64,000 nucleotides of DNA from an uncultured Gammaproteobacteria bacterium. Its GTDB lineage: Bacteria > Patescibacteriota > Microgenomatia > 0-14-0-10-38-17. The stretch covers positions 453,586-517,585 of the forward strand of contig CAYGEH010000001.1 of the NCBI GenBank assembly GCA_964348895.1. The letters are read 5' to 3'. This document shows, in pieces, positions 1 to 10,112 of this stretch. The notes under the pieces are model-generated. The model searched no databases and was not told where the DNA came from. It saw only the letters and a program-made list of their open reading frames with translations. Position 1 is the first letter of the stretch, and every line of letters begins with the position of its first letter. The position numbers and the translations under genes were made by a program.

Positions 1-1937
1 TTACCACCAGACCAGATACTCTTTGGGGAGCAACCTTTATGGTGGTAGCACCAGAACACCCATTAATAGCCTTTTTGTTAAAACTTAAATTTAAAGATCT
101 AAAAATTGAAACAAAGCTAATTGAGAAATATATCGAAGAAACAAAAAAGAAATCAGATTTAGAGAGAACGGATTTAGCTAAAGAGAAAACCGGTGTTTTT
201 ACTGGAATCTATGCAATTAATCCAGCTAATAATAAAAAAATTCCTGTTTGGATGTCTGATTTTGTTTTGGAAGGTTATGGCACTGGGGCGATTATGGCGG
301 TGCCGGCTCACGACGAGAGAGACTGGCAGTTTGCCCAAAAGTTTAATCTGCCAATTATTCCAGTAATTGAACCAAAAGAGGGATGGAATTTTGACAAGAT
401 GGCTTACATTAAAACAAAACAGGGAAGAATGATTAATTCTGGTTTTATTAATGGACTCTTTCCCGAGCAAGCTGCTGAAAAAATGTTCGTTTGGCTGGAA
501 GAGAAGGGAATAGGCAAAAGAACCAACAACTATCATCTCAGGGACTGGATATTTTCTCGTCAACACTATTGGGGGGAACCAATTCCAATGATTTACTGTC
601 AAAGATGTGCAACAAATTGTAACTTTAAGGCTCGAGAGAGGCCATTGAAATCGAACTTGTTGCAGAAAGAAAATGACAAAAATCAAGATCTAAAAAAACA
701 ACAAAGAGGGAAAGCAGAAATAGAAAGGTTAAAAAAGTACGCCAAGAAGGAAGAAATAGATATAAAGGCTTTAATCAGCAACCCAGGTTGGTTTCCGGTC
801 TCCGAAGAAAAGCTTCCAGTCAAGCTGCCTCAGGTAGAAAATTATCAACCAACCGATACTGGTGAATCTCCTTTGGCTATTATGAAAAACTGGGGAAAAA
901 CAAAGTGTCCCCTTTGTGGCAGCGAAGCGAAAAAAGAAACAGACACAATGCCTAATTGGGCGGGATCTGACTGGTACTATTTGGCCTATTGTTTTTCTGA
1001 CAAACTAAACAAATTAAAAACAAAAAAACAAAAACTAAAAAACAATAATATTTTTGAGCAAAACAAAAACATTCTTAAACAATGGCTTCCGGTTGATGTT
1101 TATATTGGCGGAGACGAGCACAATACTCTGCATCTGCTTTATTCTCGATTTATTTATCAATTTTTATATGACCTTAGAGTGGTTCCTAAACGGCATCCTG
1201 AGCCATATTATCGAAGGTTTTCTCACGGAGTCATCTTGGGAAGCGATGGACAGAAAATGAGCAAGTCGCAAGGGAATGTCGTTAATCCTGATGATAAGTG
1301 GCAAAAGTGGGGCGTTGATACTTTAAGAACCTATTTGATGTTTATGGGCCCATTCGAAGCGACAATGGCTTGGAATGAAAACGCTCTCAAGGGAATAGCA
1401 AGGTTTTTAGTTCGCTTTAAAAACTTAATTGAGGACCAGATAAAGTCTAACAAAGAAACCAGCAAAGAGGGAAAGAGGCTTCTTAATAAATTAATTTTTA
1501 AGGTTAGTCGAGACATTGATGATTTTGGTTATAACACCGCTATTGCCGCAATGATGGAAACTCTCAACAACCTTAATGACAATAAGGTGGCTCTGGGGAG
1601 GGAAGAGTTACGATCGTTAATTAAATTAATAGCACCTTTTGCTCCTTATTTGGCAGAAGAATTATGGTGTCGGAGCTTGGGAGAAACGTTTTCTGTTCAT
1701 GAACAGAATTGGCCCAAAACTCAAAGAGAATATTTAGAAACCGAAAAGAACACAATAATTGTTCAAGTCAATGGTCGTTTAAAGGGAAAAATTGATATAG
1801 AAAGAGAGATATCAATAGATAAAGATAGGGTTGTTTTGTTAGTAAAGGAAAATGCTAATGTTAAAAAGTGCCTTTTAGGAAAAGAAGTAAAAAAAACTAT
1901 TTTTGTTCCCGGTAAGCTGGTCAACTTTGTAGTTTGA
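1..1937 (+). CDS. leuS: Leucyl-tRNA synthetase, C-terminal ~645 aa; 5' end lies outside the window
   Basis: The frame is open from position 3 ('TTRPDTLWGATFMVVAPEHPL', a LeuRS signature). The KMSKS motif and anticodon-binding region are present, and the protein ends at a stop at 1935-1937. The ORF track's Met at 39 is internal. Confidence 0.9.
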   Translation, partial: TTRPDTLWGATFMVVAPEHPLIAFLLKLKFKDLKIETKLIEKYIEETKKKSDLERTDLAKEKTGVFTGIYAINPANNKKIPVWMSDFVLEGYGTGAIMAVPAHDERDWQFAQKFNLPIIPVIEPKEGWNFDKMAYIKTKQGRMINSGFINGLFPEQAAEKMFVWLEEKGIGKRTNNYHLRDWIFSRQHYWGEPIPMIYCQRCATNCNFKARERPLKSNLLQKENDKNQDLKKQQRGKAEIERLKKYAKKEEIDIKALISNPGWFPVSEEKLPVKLPQVENYQPTDTGESPLAIMKNWGKTKCPLCGSEAKKETDTMPNWAGSDWYYLAYCFSDKLNKLKTKKQKLKNNNIFEQNKNILKQWLPVDVYIGGDEHNTLHLLYSRFIYQFLYDLRVVPKRHPEPYYRRFSHGVILGSDGQKMSKSQGNVVNPDDKWQKWGVDTLRTYLMFMGPFEATMAWNENALKGIARFLVRFKNLIEDQIKSNKETSKEGKRLLNKLIFKVSRDIDDFGYNTAIAAMMETLNNLNDNKVALGREELRSLIKLIAPFAPYLAEELWCRSLGETFSVHEQNWPKTQREYLETEKNTIIVQVNGRLKGKIDIEREISIDKDRVVLLVKENANVKKCLLGKEVKKTIFVPGKLVNFVV

Positions 1938-1992
1938 TTTTTCCTCTTTTCGATTGGTTTTTTTTGTGTTTGAATGGTTTTAGTTTGAAAAC

Positions 1993-2613
1993 ATGACTGA
2001 CCATCGATCTCCCTTTGAGTTATCCAAAACAAAACTCTCTCGGACTGTTATTTTAGATTGGTTGTTAATCTCTGTAGGTTTATTTTTAATTATTTTAGCG
2101 ATTGGTCAAGGTCAGGGTTGGTTGGAAAAGAGACCAGTCGTTTCTTTAACCACCTTCGAAGCCGTTACTGAAGAAAAGAACGAAACAATTTTCGTTGATA
2201 TTGCTGGTGCAGTCGCAAATCCGGGGTTTTATCAATTATCCACAAATTCTCGGCTTAATGATTTGATTATTGTTTGTGGAGGAGTTACCCGTTGGGCAGA
2301 TCGGGACTTTTTGGAAAAGAATTTGAATAGAGCCAGGATATTAGAAGATGGAGAAAAAATTTATATTCCTTACTATCAGGAGAAAGAGCAGAACCAACAG
2401 GTCCCAGGCAATCAAGGGGGCGACAAGATTAACATTAACTCTGCAAACCACCAAGAGTTAATGAGTTTACCTGGTATCGGAGAGAAGTATGCTCAAGCAA
2501 TTATTGATCATCGCCAATCAATAGGACCCTTTAAGACACCAGAAGAAATAAAAGAGGTTAAGGGTATAGGCGAGAAAATTTTTAACAACATCAAAGATAA
2601 AATAGAAATTTAA
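1993..2613 (+). CDS. comEA: Competence protein ComEA (membrane-anchored tandem helix-hairpin-helix DNA-binding protein)
   Basis: N-terminal TM helix, SLBB-like middle region and C-terminal tandem HhH ('LMSLPGIGEKYAQAIIDHR...IKEVKGIGEKIFNNI'). ATG start. Confidence 0.8.
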   Translation: MTDHRSPFELSKTKLSRTVILDWLLISVGLFLIILAIGQGQGWLEKRPVVSLTTFEAVTEEKNETIFVDIAGAVANPGFYQLSTNSRLNDLIIVCGGVTRWADRDFLEKNLNRARILEDGEKIYIPYYQEKEQNQQVPGNQGGDKININSANHQELMSLPGIGEKYAQAIIDHRQSIGPFKTPEEIKEVKGIGEKIFNNIKDKIEI

Positions 2614-2617
2614 CAAA

Positions 2618-3841
2618 GTGGTTGATTTCTTGAAAAAAATCTTGCCTAGTCCTATTTTATCTTTTGGCTTTTTAGTTATCTTATTATTGGTATGGTTTTG
2701 GCGTTTTCAGACAATCGAAACAAAGAGTGGCGGACTAGAAGGAGAAGTTGAGGTTGAGGGGTTTATTTGGGATGAGCCAAAAGTTTTTTATTCTACTCAA
2801 AGATTTTGGTTGAAAGGCTATTTGGTAGAAACTTCGGCTGAAAGAAGAATAACAGCAGGAGACAGGGTTTCTTTAGTTGGCAGAGAAGACTGTCAACCGA
2901 CAGGAAAACATAGGGAAAGATGTTTAATTGATTATCCTGATATTTCGCTGAAAAAAGACTCTGCTGTTTCGGAGCTTATCAGAGCAGTGATTAGGTTGCG
3001 AAAAGCCTTAATTGCTAGCCTAGAACGAGTTTTGCCGTCAGAAGCCGCTTCTTTATTAACTGGCATTGTTTGGGGAAATCAAGGTCAATTTTCAAAAAGA
3101 TTTTATGAGGACATGAAGCTTTCTGGTTTACTTCATGTGGTTGTTGCTTCTGGGGCAAATGTAATGACATTGGTTAGTTTATTAAAGAGGGCTGGAGGGG
3201 TTTTGGGACGGAAAATAACGGTTTTCATTAGTCTGCTACTGATAGTTTTTTATGGCTTCTTGGTTGGTGGTGACCCTCCTATTGTCAGAGCGGTATTAAT
3301 GAGTAGCCTTGTTCTTGTTTCTGGCTTAATTGGAAGACAAGTAAAGCCGTTAAGAAGCTTGTTTTTAACTGGCGGACTAATGATGGTTTTTTCTCCCAAA
3401 ATTTTTCTGGATATTAGCTTTCAGCTTTCGTTTGGGGCGACCTTGGGAATTTTATTGTTTAGTAAGAAACTGGAAGCAATTCTTCACTGGTCTGGTTTAT
3501 CTATCGCTTTAGCCGCCCAAACCATAACGGCACCAATTTTGGCTTTTTATTTTGATCAATTGTCGCCTTTTTCTTTTATCTCAAATGCCCTTATGTTGTG
3601 GTTAATTGAACCCCTAATGATTTGGGGCCTGGTGTTGACTTTTCTGGGGCTTGTTAGCACTTTTTTAGCGAGATTAGTTGGTATTTTTTTCTGGTTTCCG
3701 TTACAGAGTTTTATTTGGGGGGGGCGTTTTTGGGCTCAAGTTTTGCCTAGTTTCACTGCCTCTTCTTTAGTAATCTTATTGACTCTTCTTTTAATTCCTT
3801 TGGTTTGGTTATTTTTAAAAACGATTAAAATTAATGAGTAG
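2618..3841 (+). CDS. comEC: ComEC/Rec2 N-terminal polytopic membrane (Competence) domain, encoded as a separate ORF
   Basis: Multi-TM protein with the ComEC 'Competence' domain pattern. GTG start directly after the comEA stop. Ends with a TAG that overlaps the next ATG. Confidence 0.7.
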   Translation: MVDFLKKILPSPILSFGFLVILLLVWFWRFQTIETKSGGLEGEVEVEGFIWDEPKVFYSTQRFWLKGYLVETSAERRITAGDRVSLVGREDCQPTGKHRERCLIDYPDISLKKDSAVSELIRAVIRLRKALIASLERVLPSEAASLLTGIVWGNQGQFSKRFYEDMKLSGLLHVVVASGANVMTLVSLLKRAGGVLGRKITVFISLLLIVFYGFLVGGDPPIVRAVLMSSLVLVSGLIGRQVKPLRSLFLTGGLMMVFSPKIFLDISFQLSFGATLGILLFSKKLEAILHWSGLSIALAAQTITAPILAFYFDQLSPFSFISNALMLWLIEPLMIWGLVLTFLGLVSTFLARLVGIFFWFPLQSFIWGGRFWAQVLPSFTASSLVILLTLLLIPLVWLFLKTIKINE

Positions 3842-4763
3842 ATTTTTTAGTTTTTTGCTTTTCCTGGGAACGGTTTTAGCTTTGGTTTGGTTTTGGCCAG
3901 ACAAAAACTTTCGAATGGTTGTTTGTGATGTAGGCCAAGGAGATGCAATTTTATTCAACTATCGGAATTATCAAGTTTTAGTTGATGGTGGAGCCAACGA
4001 CAAGGTTTTAGGGTGTTTAAACAATAATATTCCCTTTTGGGACAGAGACCTGGAAATGGTCATTTTAACTCACCCAGACAAAGATCATTATGGCGGGTTA
4101 ATTTCTGTAGCAGAAAGATATAGATTATTGTATTTTGTTTGGAGTGGATTAATGCGGAAAGATTCAAATTTTGAAAAACTATTAGCTCAGGTTGGCAATC
4201 AAAGATCAAATATGATAAGGGTAGAGCAGGGCAATGAAATAGCGGTAGACAAGATAAAAATTAAATTCTATTGGCCAAATAAAGAATGGTTGTCTGAAAA
4301 ACTATCGGATAACAACCAAAAAGAGATTAGTCTGAACCAATCAGAGAGTGATAAAGAGTATCAAAAAGAATCAATTTTGGGGACAATTAACGAAGAAGGC
4401 CAATTGTCGATTAATGATTTTTCTTTAGTTTTTAACATTGCTTTTGACGAATTTGATGTTTTAATAACTGGGGACGCTGACAGCAGAATTCAACCAGAAA
4501 TTATGAAAACCACTGACCTTGTCGACGCTGAAATTTTGAAGGTAGCTCATCATGGTTCTAGGCATGCCTTTAATGATCAGTTTCTTGATTCATTTGAGTC
4601 GGCCTTGGCAATAATTTCGGTTGGGGGCAATAACCCCTGGGGACATCCAAGCCCAGATCTACTCCGCAAACTTGATCGTTTTGGTTTAGCTGTGCTAAGA
4701 ACAGACACGGAGGGAGAAATAAAGCTAATTAGCGACGGAAGAGAGTGGTGGAGAGAAAAATAG
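3834..4763 (+). CDS. comEC: ComEC C-terminal metallo-beta-lactamase-fold domain (separate ORF with its own N-terminal TM helix)
   Basis: One TM helix, then MBL motifs ('VVCDVGQGDAILF', 'HPDKDHYGG', 'HHGS'). The ATG at 3834 overlaps the upstream stop by 8 nt, and its frame is closed by a stop at 3816. Confidence 0.75.
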   Translation: MSRFFSFLLFLGTVLALVWFWPDKNFRMVVCDVGQGDAILFNYRNYQVLVDGGANDKVLGCLNNNIPFWDRDLEMVILTHPDKDHYGGLISVAERYRLLYFVWSGLMRKDSNFEKLLAQVGNQRSNMIRVEQGNEIAVDKIKIKFYWPNKEWLSEKLSDNNQKEISLNQSESDKEYQKESILGTINEEGQLSINDFSLVFNIAFDEFDVLITGDADSRIQPEIMKTTDLVDAEILKVAHHGSRHAFNDQFLDSFESALAIISVGGNNPWGHPSPDLLRKLDRFGLAVLRTDTEGEIKLISDGREWWREK

Positions 4764-4902
4764 CGTAAAACAAAGACTGATTGTCTCTTTTGTTTGTTTG
4801 TGTAAAATAAGGCCAAGGACTAAAGCAACAAAAAATCAGTAAAATCATGTCTGGCTTTTTTGACTTTTAGGTTTTGAAAGTTAGAGTATAATTCTTTTAA
4901 CT

Positions 4903-6639
4903 ATGGTAATAGAAGCGATTCTCGAAAAGGCCATTTTGGCCAGTCTAGAAGAACTGGGGTTGTCGGAGGTAAATTTTGATTTGGAATTAAACAACGACAA
5001 ACAGAATCGAGGGGATTATGCCACCAATGTAGCTATGTCAGCTTTTTCAACAAAGAGTAATCAAATAAAAGCTAAAACCCCCTTAGGCTTGGCTCAAGCA
5101 TTGGTGAAAAATTTAAACAAAGAGCTTCTGAACAGGGGCATGGTTGATCGAATAGTGGCAGTTTCTCCAGGATTTATTAACTTTTACCTAGAGGAAGCGT
5201 TCTTGAAAAAATTTCTAATTGAGGTTATTGAAAAAGGTGACGATTTTGGACGGCAAACGATTGGAGAGGGTAAAACGGTGGTTATTGATTACTCCGCACC
5301 TAACATTGCTAAGCCATTTGGAATTGGCCATCTAAGATCAACCATTATTGGTCAAGCTCTTTATAACATTTTTTCTTTTCTTGGTTATCGGGTCATTGGC
5401 GACAATCATTTGGGGGACTGGGGAACCCAGTTTGGAGTATTGCTATATCAGATTGAAAAAGAAAACCTCAATTCCCAGGAATTAACAATTAAAAAGCTAG
5501 AGAGTCTTTACGTCAGGTTTCATCAGAAACTGGAAGAAAATCAAGAAGAACAAAGCAGGGCTAGAGAACACTTTAGGCGATTGGAGTTAGGGGAATCAAG
5601 GTCAAAAAAAATCTGGCAACAGCTGGTTAGCCTGTCTTTGGTTGAATATGAGAAGGTTTATCGTCTTTTGGGAGTAAAAATTGATTTTACTCTAGGAGAG
5701 AGCTTTTACCAAGACAAGGTGTCGGCGGTTTTGGCCGATGCCAAAAAGAAGAAAATAGCGGTTAAAAGCGAAGGTGCACTAATAATACCTCTAAACAACA
5801 ATTCTGTGCCAGCAATGCTGGTGAAATCTGACGGCGCTACTACATATTTACTGAGAGATCTGGCTACCATAAAATACAGAATTGAGCGTTGGAATCCGGA
5901 ATTGATTATTTATGAGGTTGGTGTTGATCAAGGGTTTCATTTTTCTCAAGTTTTTGAGGCGGCAGAGAAGCTTGGTTATATCAATAAAAATAAATTAATT
6001 CATGTGGCCCACGGCATGATTCGAGGAAGTTTTGGTAAACTTTCAACTAGAAGGGGAGGGGGAATATATTTAGATGAGGTTTTGGCCGAGGCAATTGATC
6101 GAGCTCGAAAAATTGCAACTTGGGCTGGCGTTACCAAGAATCTTTCTGAGAGAGAACAAAAAAGAGTAGCCAGGGCTGTTGGTGTTGGAGCAATAAAATA
6201 TAACGATCTTAAACAAAACCCTAGAACAGAAATTGTTTTTGATTGGAAAAAAGTATTAAGCCTAGAAGGAGATTCTGGTCCATATTTACAATATACTTAT
6301 GCTCGAACAAGAAGAATTATAGAAGAAGCAAAAAAGAACAAGCTTAATTTAAAAAAAACACCTAAATACAGGCTAAAAGATGAAGAGCTATCAGTAGTTA
6401 GGCTAATTTGCTATTTTTGCAAAACAATTGAGAATTCGGCCATAAAATTTTCTCCAAACTTAATTGCGACACTTCTTTATCAATTAGCTCAAAAATATAA
6501 CGCCTTCTATGATAAACATCGAGTTTTAACTAAAGACAAAGAAGCCAAAAGATTTCGCCTATTGCTTACAAAAGCAGCCGCTCAAACCATGAAAAATGGA
6601 CTAAGTCTGCTTGGAATTGAGACACTTGAGAGAATGTAG
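4903..6639 (+). CDS. argS: Arginyl-tRNA synthetase
   Basis: Class I aaRS with HIGH-like 'PNIAKPFGIGHLRSTIIG', an 'MSTRRG' element and a C-terminal DALR anticodon-binding domain. 578 aa. Confidence 0.9.
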   Translation: MVIEAILEKAILASLEELGLSEVNFDLELNNDKQNRGDYATNVAMSAFSTKSNQIKAKTPLGLAQALVKNLNKELLNRGMVDRIVAVSPGFINFYLEEAFLKKFLIEVIEKGDDFGRQTIGEGKTVVIDYSAPNIAKPFGIGHLRSTIIGQALYNIFSFLGYRVIGDNHLGDWGTQFGVLLYQIEKENLNSQELTIKKLESLYVRFHQKLEENQEEQSRAREHFRRLELGESRSKKIWQQLVSLSLVEYEKVYRLLGVKIDFTLGESFYQDKVSAVLADAKKKKIAVKSEGALIIPLNNNSVPAMLVKSDGATTYLLRDLATIKYRIERWNPELIIYEVGVDQGFHFSQVFEAAEKLGYINKNKLIHVAHGMIRGSFGKLSTRRGGGIYLDEVLAEAIDRARKIATWAGVTKNLSEREQKRVARAVGVGAIKYNDLKQNPRTEIVFDWKKVLSLEGDSGPYLQYTYARTRRIIEEAKKNKLNLKKTPKYRLKDEELSVVRLICYFCKTIENSAIKFSPNLIATLLYQLAQKYNAFYDKHRVLTKDKEAKRFRLLLTKAAAQTMKNGLSLLGIETLERM

Positions 6640-6823
6640 GGGGTTTTAAATTTGAAGAACCAAGAAAAGACAAATAAATTATTAGTGACTTGCGGTTAAC
6701 AAAAAGCGCCTGTCAAAAAAACACAAGAGAAAAAAGAGGAGCAAAAAGCCACTCCTAAAAAAACAATAATTGCACCAAAGTGCATTTTTGAATAAACGCC
6801 TAAAACGTTTTTATTCTTGGCTC

Positions 6824-8086
6824 TTATGGCAGAGGAATAGAAATGAGGGGAATTATCATTTCTTCGGCTGAAAGCCCGCCATGATGGCCGAGTTTGTCGA
6901 TTTTCTTCTCGCCATCATCGAGCCAAACAGTTCCCTCTTTTTTGGGAAGAACCAAGACATCTCCTAGTCGATCTTGAAATTTCTTAGAGCTAACCGCAGA
7001 GTTGCCAAACCAGCCCTTTTTTAAGACTTGAGAAGTGTCGTAAACATCGGCCCGAGCGTTTAACTTCTCTTTCAAATATTTAATAGTATTGTTTTTTTCT
7101 CCCTTCTTTAAGTGCAAAAAAATATCTCTAGGTCCACCAGTAGCCAAAATTGGCTTTCCGTTGGCGTTTTGGGCAAGAACTTTTTTTAATTTATAGAAAC
7201 GATTTAAATAAATAGTTTTTTGGGGGTTAACCTGAATTTGACCATGATCAGCGGTAATTAATAACAAGCTTTTACTTTGGAGGCTCTCTTTGAGGTTTTT
7301 AATTAAAAATTTGCTAATCATTAAGGCAATTTGGGCCAGCTCGGTCTCAAAGTAGGGACTTTGAGGTCCATATTTATGACCAATAAAGTCTAGAGAGTCA
7401 AGATAAACATAAGAGAAGGTTTTAGAATGTTTTTCGGTGGCCCTAATGATTGTTTTATTTAAGGTTGTTAGTAGTTCAGAAAGATTAGTAAAGGGGATTA
7501 ACTTGGCTCCATTTTGGGCGATTCTGGCGAAAGCACTTTTGTAGTAATCTTGGTGGTTAAAACTGAAGCAGGTTACTCTTTTTTTAAGAAGTTTTTGATA
7601 AATAGTTGGTTTTTTGAAAAATATTTTTTCGGGATTAAAGCCTAGGGTTTCTAGTTGATCTTGTTGACGGCTACCATCTAGACAAAAAGGAAGAGTTTTA
7701 ATTATATCGCCAACTTCAGGTAAATATAGTCGCCATTCGAACAATCCATGTTCTTGGGGGAAAAGGCCGGTGCTAAAAGATGCTAGGGCGGCGGCAGTGG
7801 TTGAGGGGAAAATGCTTGTTATTGGTGAGATTATAGTTCCTTCTGGTAAAGTAAAATATTTTTGAAATTTTTTAAAAGATAAATATCCTAGACTGTCAAC
7901 TAAAATCAAAAAAACATGAGAAAAATCTCCCTTGGGAAAAACACTTTGGGGTAATTTCTGATCACCTTTGTCGTTGGTTAACAGATTGATAATCGCTTGA
8001 TGAAGATTTGTAAAACAATAGTCTTGATATCTGGGAGCAACTATTTTTGGGCCAATAAGTGCCCTTTCGGCTTGAAGATTAATCAC
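6824..8086 (-). CDS. Alkaline-phosphatase-superfamily type I phosphodiesterase / nucleotide pyrophosphatase
   Basis: Motifs 'LVDSLGY', 'FPSTT' (nucleophile Thr), 'YLDSLDFIGHKYGP', 'ITADHGQ' and 'GHHGG', as expected for an ENPP/AlkP core. GTG start. Confidence 0.65.
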   Translation of the reverse strand: MINLQAERALIGPKIVAPRYQDYCFTNLHQAIINLLTNDKGDQKLPQSVFPKGDFSHVFLILVDSLGYLSFKKFQKYFTLPEGTIISPITSIFPSTTAAALASFSTGLFPQEHGLFEWRLYLPEVGDIIKTLPFCLDGSRQQDQLETLGFNPEKIFFKKPTIYQKLLKKRVTCFSFNHQDYYKSAFARIAQNGAKLIPFTNLSELLTTLNKTIIRATEKHSKTFSYVYLDSLDFIGHKYGPQSPYFETELAQIALMISKFLIKNLKESLQSKSLLLITADHGQIQVNPQKTIYLNRFYKLKKVLAQNANGKPILATGGPRDIFLHLKKGEKNNTIKYLKEKLNARADVYDTSQVLKKGWFGNSAVSSKKFQDRLGDVLVLPKKEGTVWLDDGEKKIDKLGHHGGLSAEEMIIPLISIPLP

Positions 8087-8259
8087 AGGAAATATTATAC
8101 CCTAAATATTGATTTTAAAATTAAGGGGGAAATTGGAGGGAGTGGAATTTTTTTGTTTAGATCTTGAGGGTTACTTTAAAACAAAAACAGAAAAACTTGA
8201 AAATTTAATTTTATTGTTAATTCTAGTAAAGAAAGAAAACGAGTGTTAAAATTAACAGA

Positions 8260-9492
8260 ATGTTGCCAGAGGAGTTTAAGCTACCAAGCGGTTTGCGCGT
8301 TTTGCTGTTACCTGATCGGAGTGAAAGCGTTACCGTTTTGGGCTTGGTAAAAACAGGATCCCGTTATGAAAAAGAAGAACAGGAGGGAATAGCCCATTTC
8401 TACGAACACATGGTTTTTAAAGGAACAAAGAAATTTCCCTTTAAAAAGGACTTAGCTTTAGCGGTTGACAAAATAGGCGCAGAATGTAATGGCGCGACAG
8501 GACAAGAATATACTTACTATTTCGTTAAAACAGCAAAAAAGGATTTGCTTATTGGGCTGGACCTAATTTGTCAACTATTAACAGAACCCTTATTATCTAA
8601 AAACGAGATCCCAGCCGAAAGGGGGGTAATCTTGGAGGAGCTGAATATGTATAATGATGTTCCTCAATATCGATCCCAAATAGAGTTAGCCAAGCTTTTG
8701 TTTCCCAATCATCCTTTGGGAAAAAGTGGTGTTGGTCAAAAGAAAACAATTAATTCTCTCGTTCAGAAAGATTTTGTTGATTTTAAAAACAATTTTTATA
8801 GTTCAGAAAAAACGGTTTTAGTAATTGCTGGAGGCATAGGAAAAACAGAAGAGATTAAAGAAGAACTGAAACGACAATTTTTTGGATTAAAAAAAGCAAA
8901 TGAGATAATGGCCATTCCATTCAAGGCAGCCGATACTTTTAAAAAGAATAAAGTTAAAAAAATTTTCAAAAAAACGGACCAAGCTCACCTGGCAATTGGG
9001 ACAAGAGCCTTGTCTCGTAACGATAAAAGACACTATGCTCAAGGTTTGTTAAATATTATTTTGGGAGGAGGAATGTCTTCTCGTCTTTTTCAGGAAATTA
9101 GAGAAAAAAGAGGCCTTTGTTATTCGGTTAATTCTTCAGTGGAAACGTTTGAAGAGGTGGGAGCCTTTGAAGTTACGGCAGGACTAAACAAAAAAAGACT
9201 GAACGAGGCAATTGAAGCAATTAAAGATCAACTCTTTCTTTTAGCGAAAAAAGCGGTTGATAAAGAAGAGTTATCCAAAGCTAAACATTTTTTTGAAGGA
9301 AAACTGGCCTTATCCCTAGAAGATTCTTACCAAAAGGCACATTTTTATGGGAAACAGGCTCTTTTAGAGCCTGCTGTCAAAGACATTAATCAATTGCTAA
9401 AAGAAGTTAATAATGTCGAATCAAAGGACATATTGTTGGTCGCTAAAGAAATATTTCTAACAGACAAAATTCAGTTGGTTTTAGTAGAATAA
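8260..9492 (+). CDS. M16 family (pitrilysin/insulinase-like) zinc peptidase
   Basis: Inverted zinc motif 'HFYEHMVFKGT' (HxxEH) near the N-terminus. About 410 aa with the two-domain M16 layout. Confidence 0.8.
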   Translation: MLPEEFKLPSGLRVLLLPDRSESVTVLGLVKTGSRYEKEEQEGIAHFYEHMVFKGTKKFPFKKDLALAVDKIGAECNGATGQEYTYYFVKTAKKDLLIGLDLICQLLTEPLLSKNEIPAERGVILEELNMYNDVPQYRSQIELAKLLFPNHPLGKSGVGQKKTINSLVQKDFVDFKNNFYSSEKTVLVIAGGIGKTEEIKEELKRQFFGLKKANEIMAIPFKAADTFKKNKVKKIFKKTDQAHLAIGTRALSRNDKRHYAQGLLNIILGGGMSSRLFQEIREKRGLCYSVNSSVETFEEVGAFEVTAGLNKKRLNEAIEAIKDQLFLLAKKAVDKEELSKAKHFFEGKLALSLEDSYQKAHFYGKQALLEPAVKDINQLLKEVNNVESKDILLVAKEIFLTDKIQLVLVE

Positions 9493-9545
9493 ATAACAAG
9501 CTTAAGGATTTTTTTAAAAAAAAGAGGAGGTGACTTATAAACTAA

Positions 9546-10112
9546 ATGGAACAATCAGTGGTTTTAATTAAGCCTGACGGTGTTAAGCGCGGGCTAATTG
9601 GAGAAATTATTGGTCGTTTTGAAAAGGCTGGGCTAAAGCCAGTCGCAGCCAAAATGGTTTTGGTAAGCGAGGAATTAGCCTTTAAACACTATGGAGCAGA
9701 AGATAGTTGGTTTGACAACGTTGGCAAAAAAATTCGTCAATTTTATGAGGAACATGGTATGGATCCCAACGAAGAATTTGGAAAAATGACTGACCATCAA
9801 ATGGGAGAAATGGTTCAAAAATGGAATGTGGTCTACTTAGCGGAAGGCCCAGTGTTAGCAATGGTTTGGGAAGGCCCATTAGGAACAGTAGAGATCATTA
9901 GAAAAATCGTTGGTTCGACATATCCCATTTCAGCTCTTCCAGGAACAATTAGGGGTGATTTTGGCCTTGATTCTCCTGATGTTACTAACGCTGAAAAAAG
10001 ATCAATCCACAACTTGATTCATGCCTCAGGAACAGTTGAAGAGGCGGCCAGAGAAAAGGAGTTGTGGTTTAGAAAGGATGAGATTTATTCCGAAGAGTCT
10101 AGCAAAAGGTAA
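9546..10112 (+). CDS. ndk: Nucleoside diphosphate kinase, long form (188 aa)
   Basis: 'VVLIKPDGVKRGLIGEIIGRFEKAGLK' and 'NLIHASG' (catalytic His) are present, plus a ~40-aa internal insertion. Confidence 0.9.
   Translation: MEQSVVLIKPDGVKRGLIGEIIGRFEKAGLKPVAAKMVLVSEELAFKHYGAEDSWFDNVGKKIRQFYEEHGMDPNEEFGKMTDHQMGEMVQKWNVVYLAEGPVLAMVWEGPLGTVEIIRKIVGSTYPISALPGTIRGDFGLDSPDVTNAEKRSIHNLIHASGTVEEAAREKELWFRKDEIYSEESSKR

Noticed and set aside
174-686. 170-aa minus-strand ORF
   Set aside because: It is antisense to the well-conserved leuS coding region.
6772-6822. Rho-independent terminators between the convergent argS and phosphodiesterase genes
   Set aside because: The candidate stems (GCAC-CAAA-GUGC; AAACG...CGUUU) are only 4-5 bp, too weak to call with confidence.
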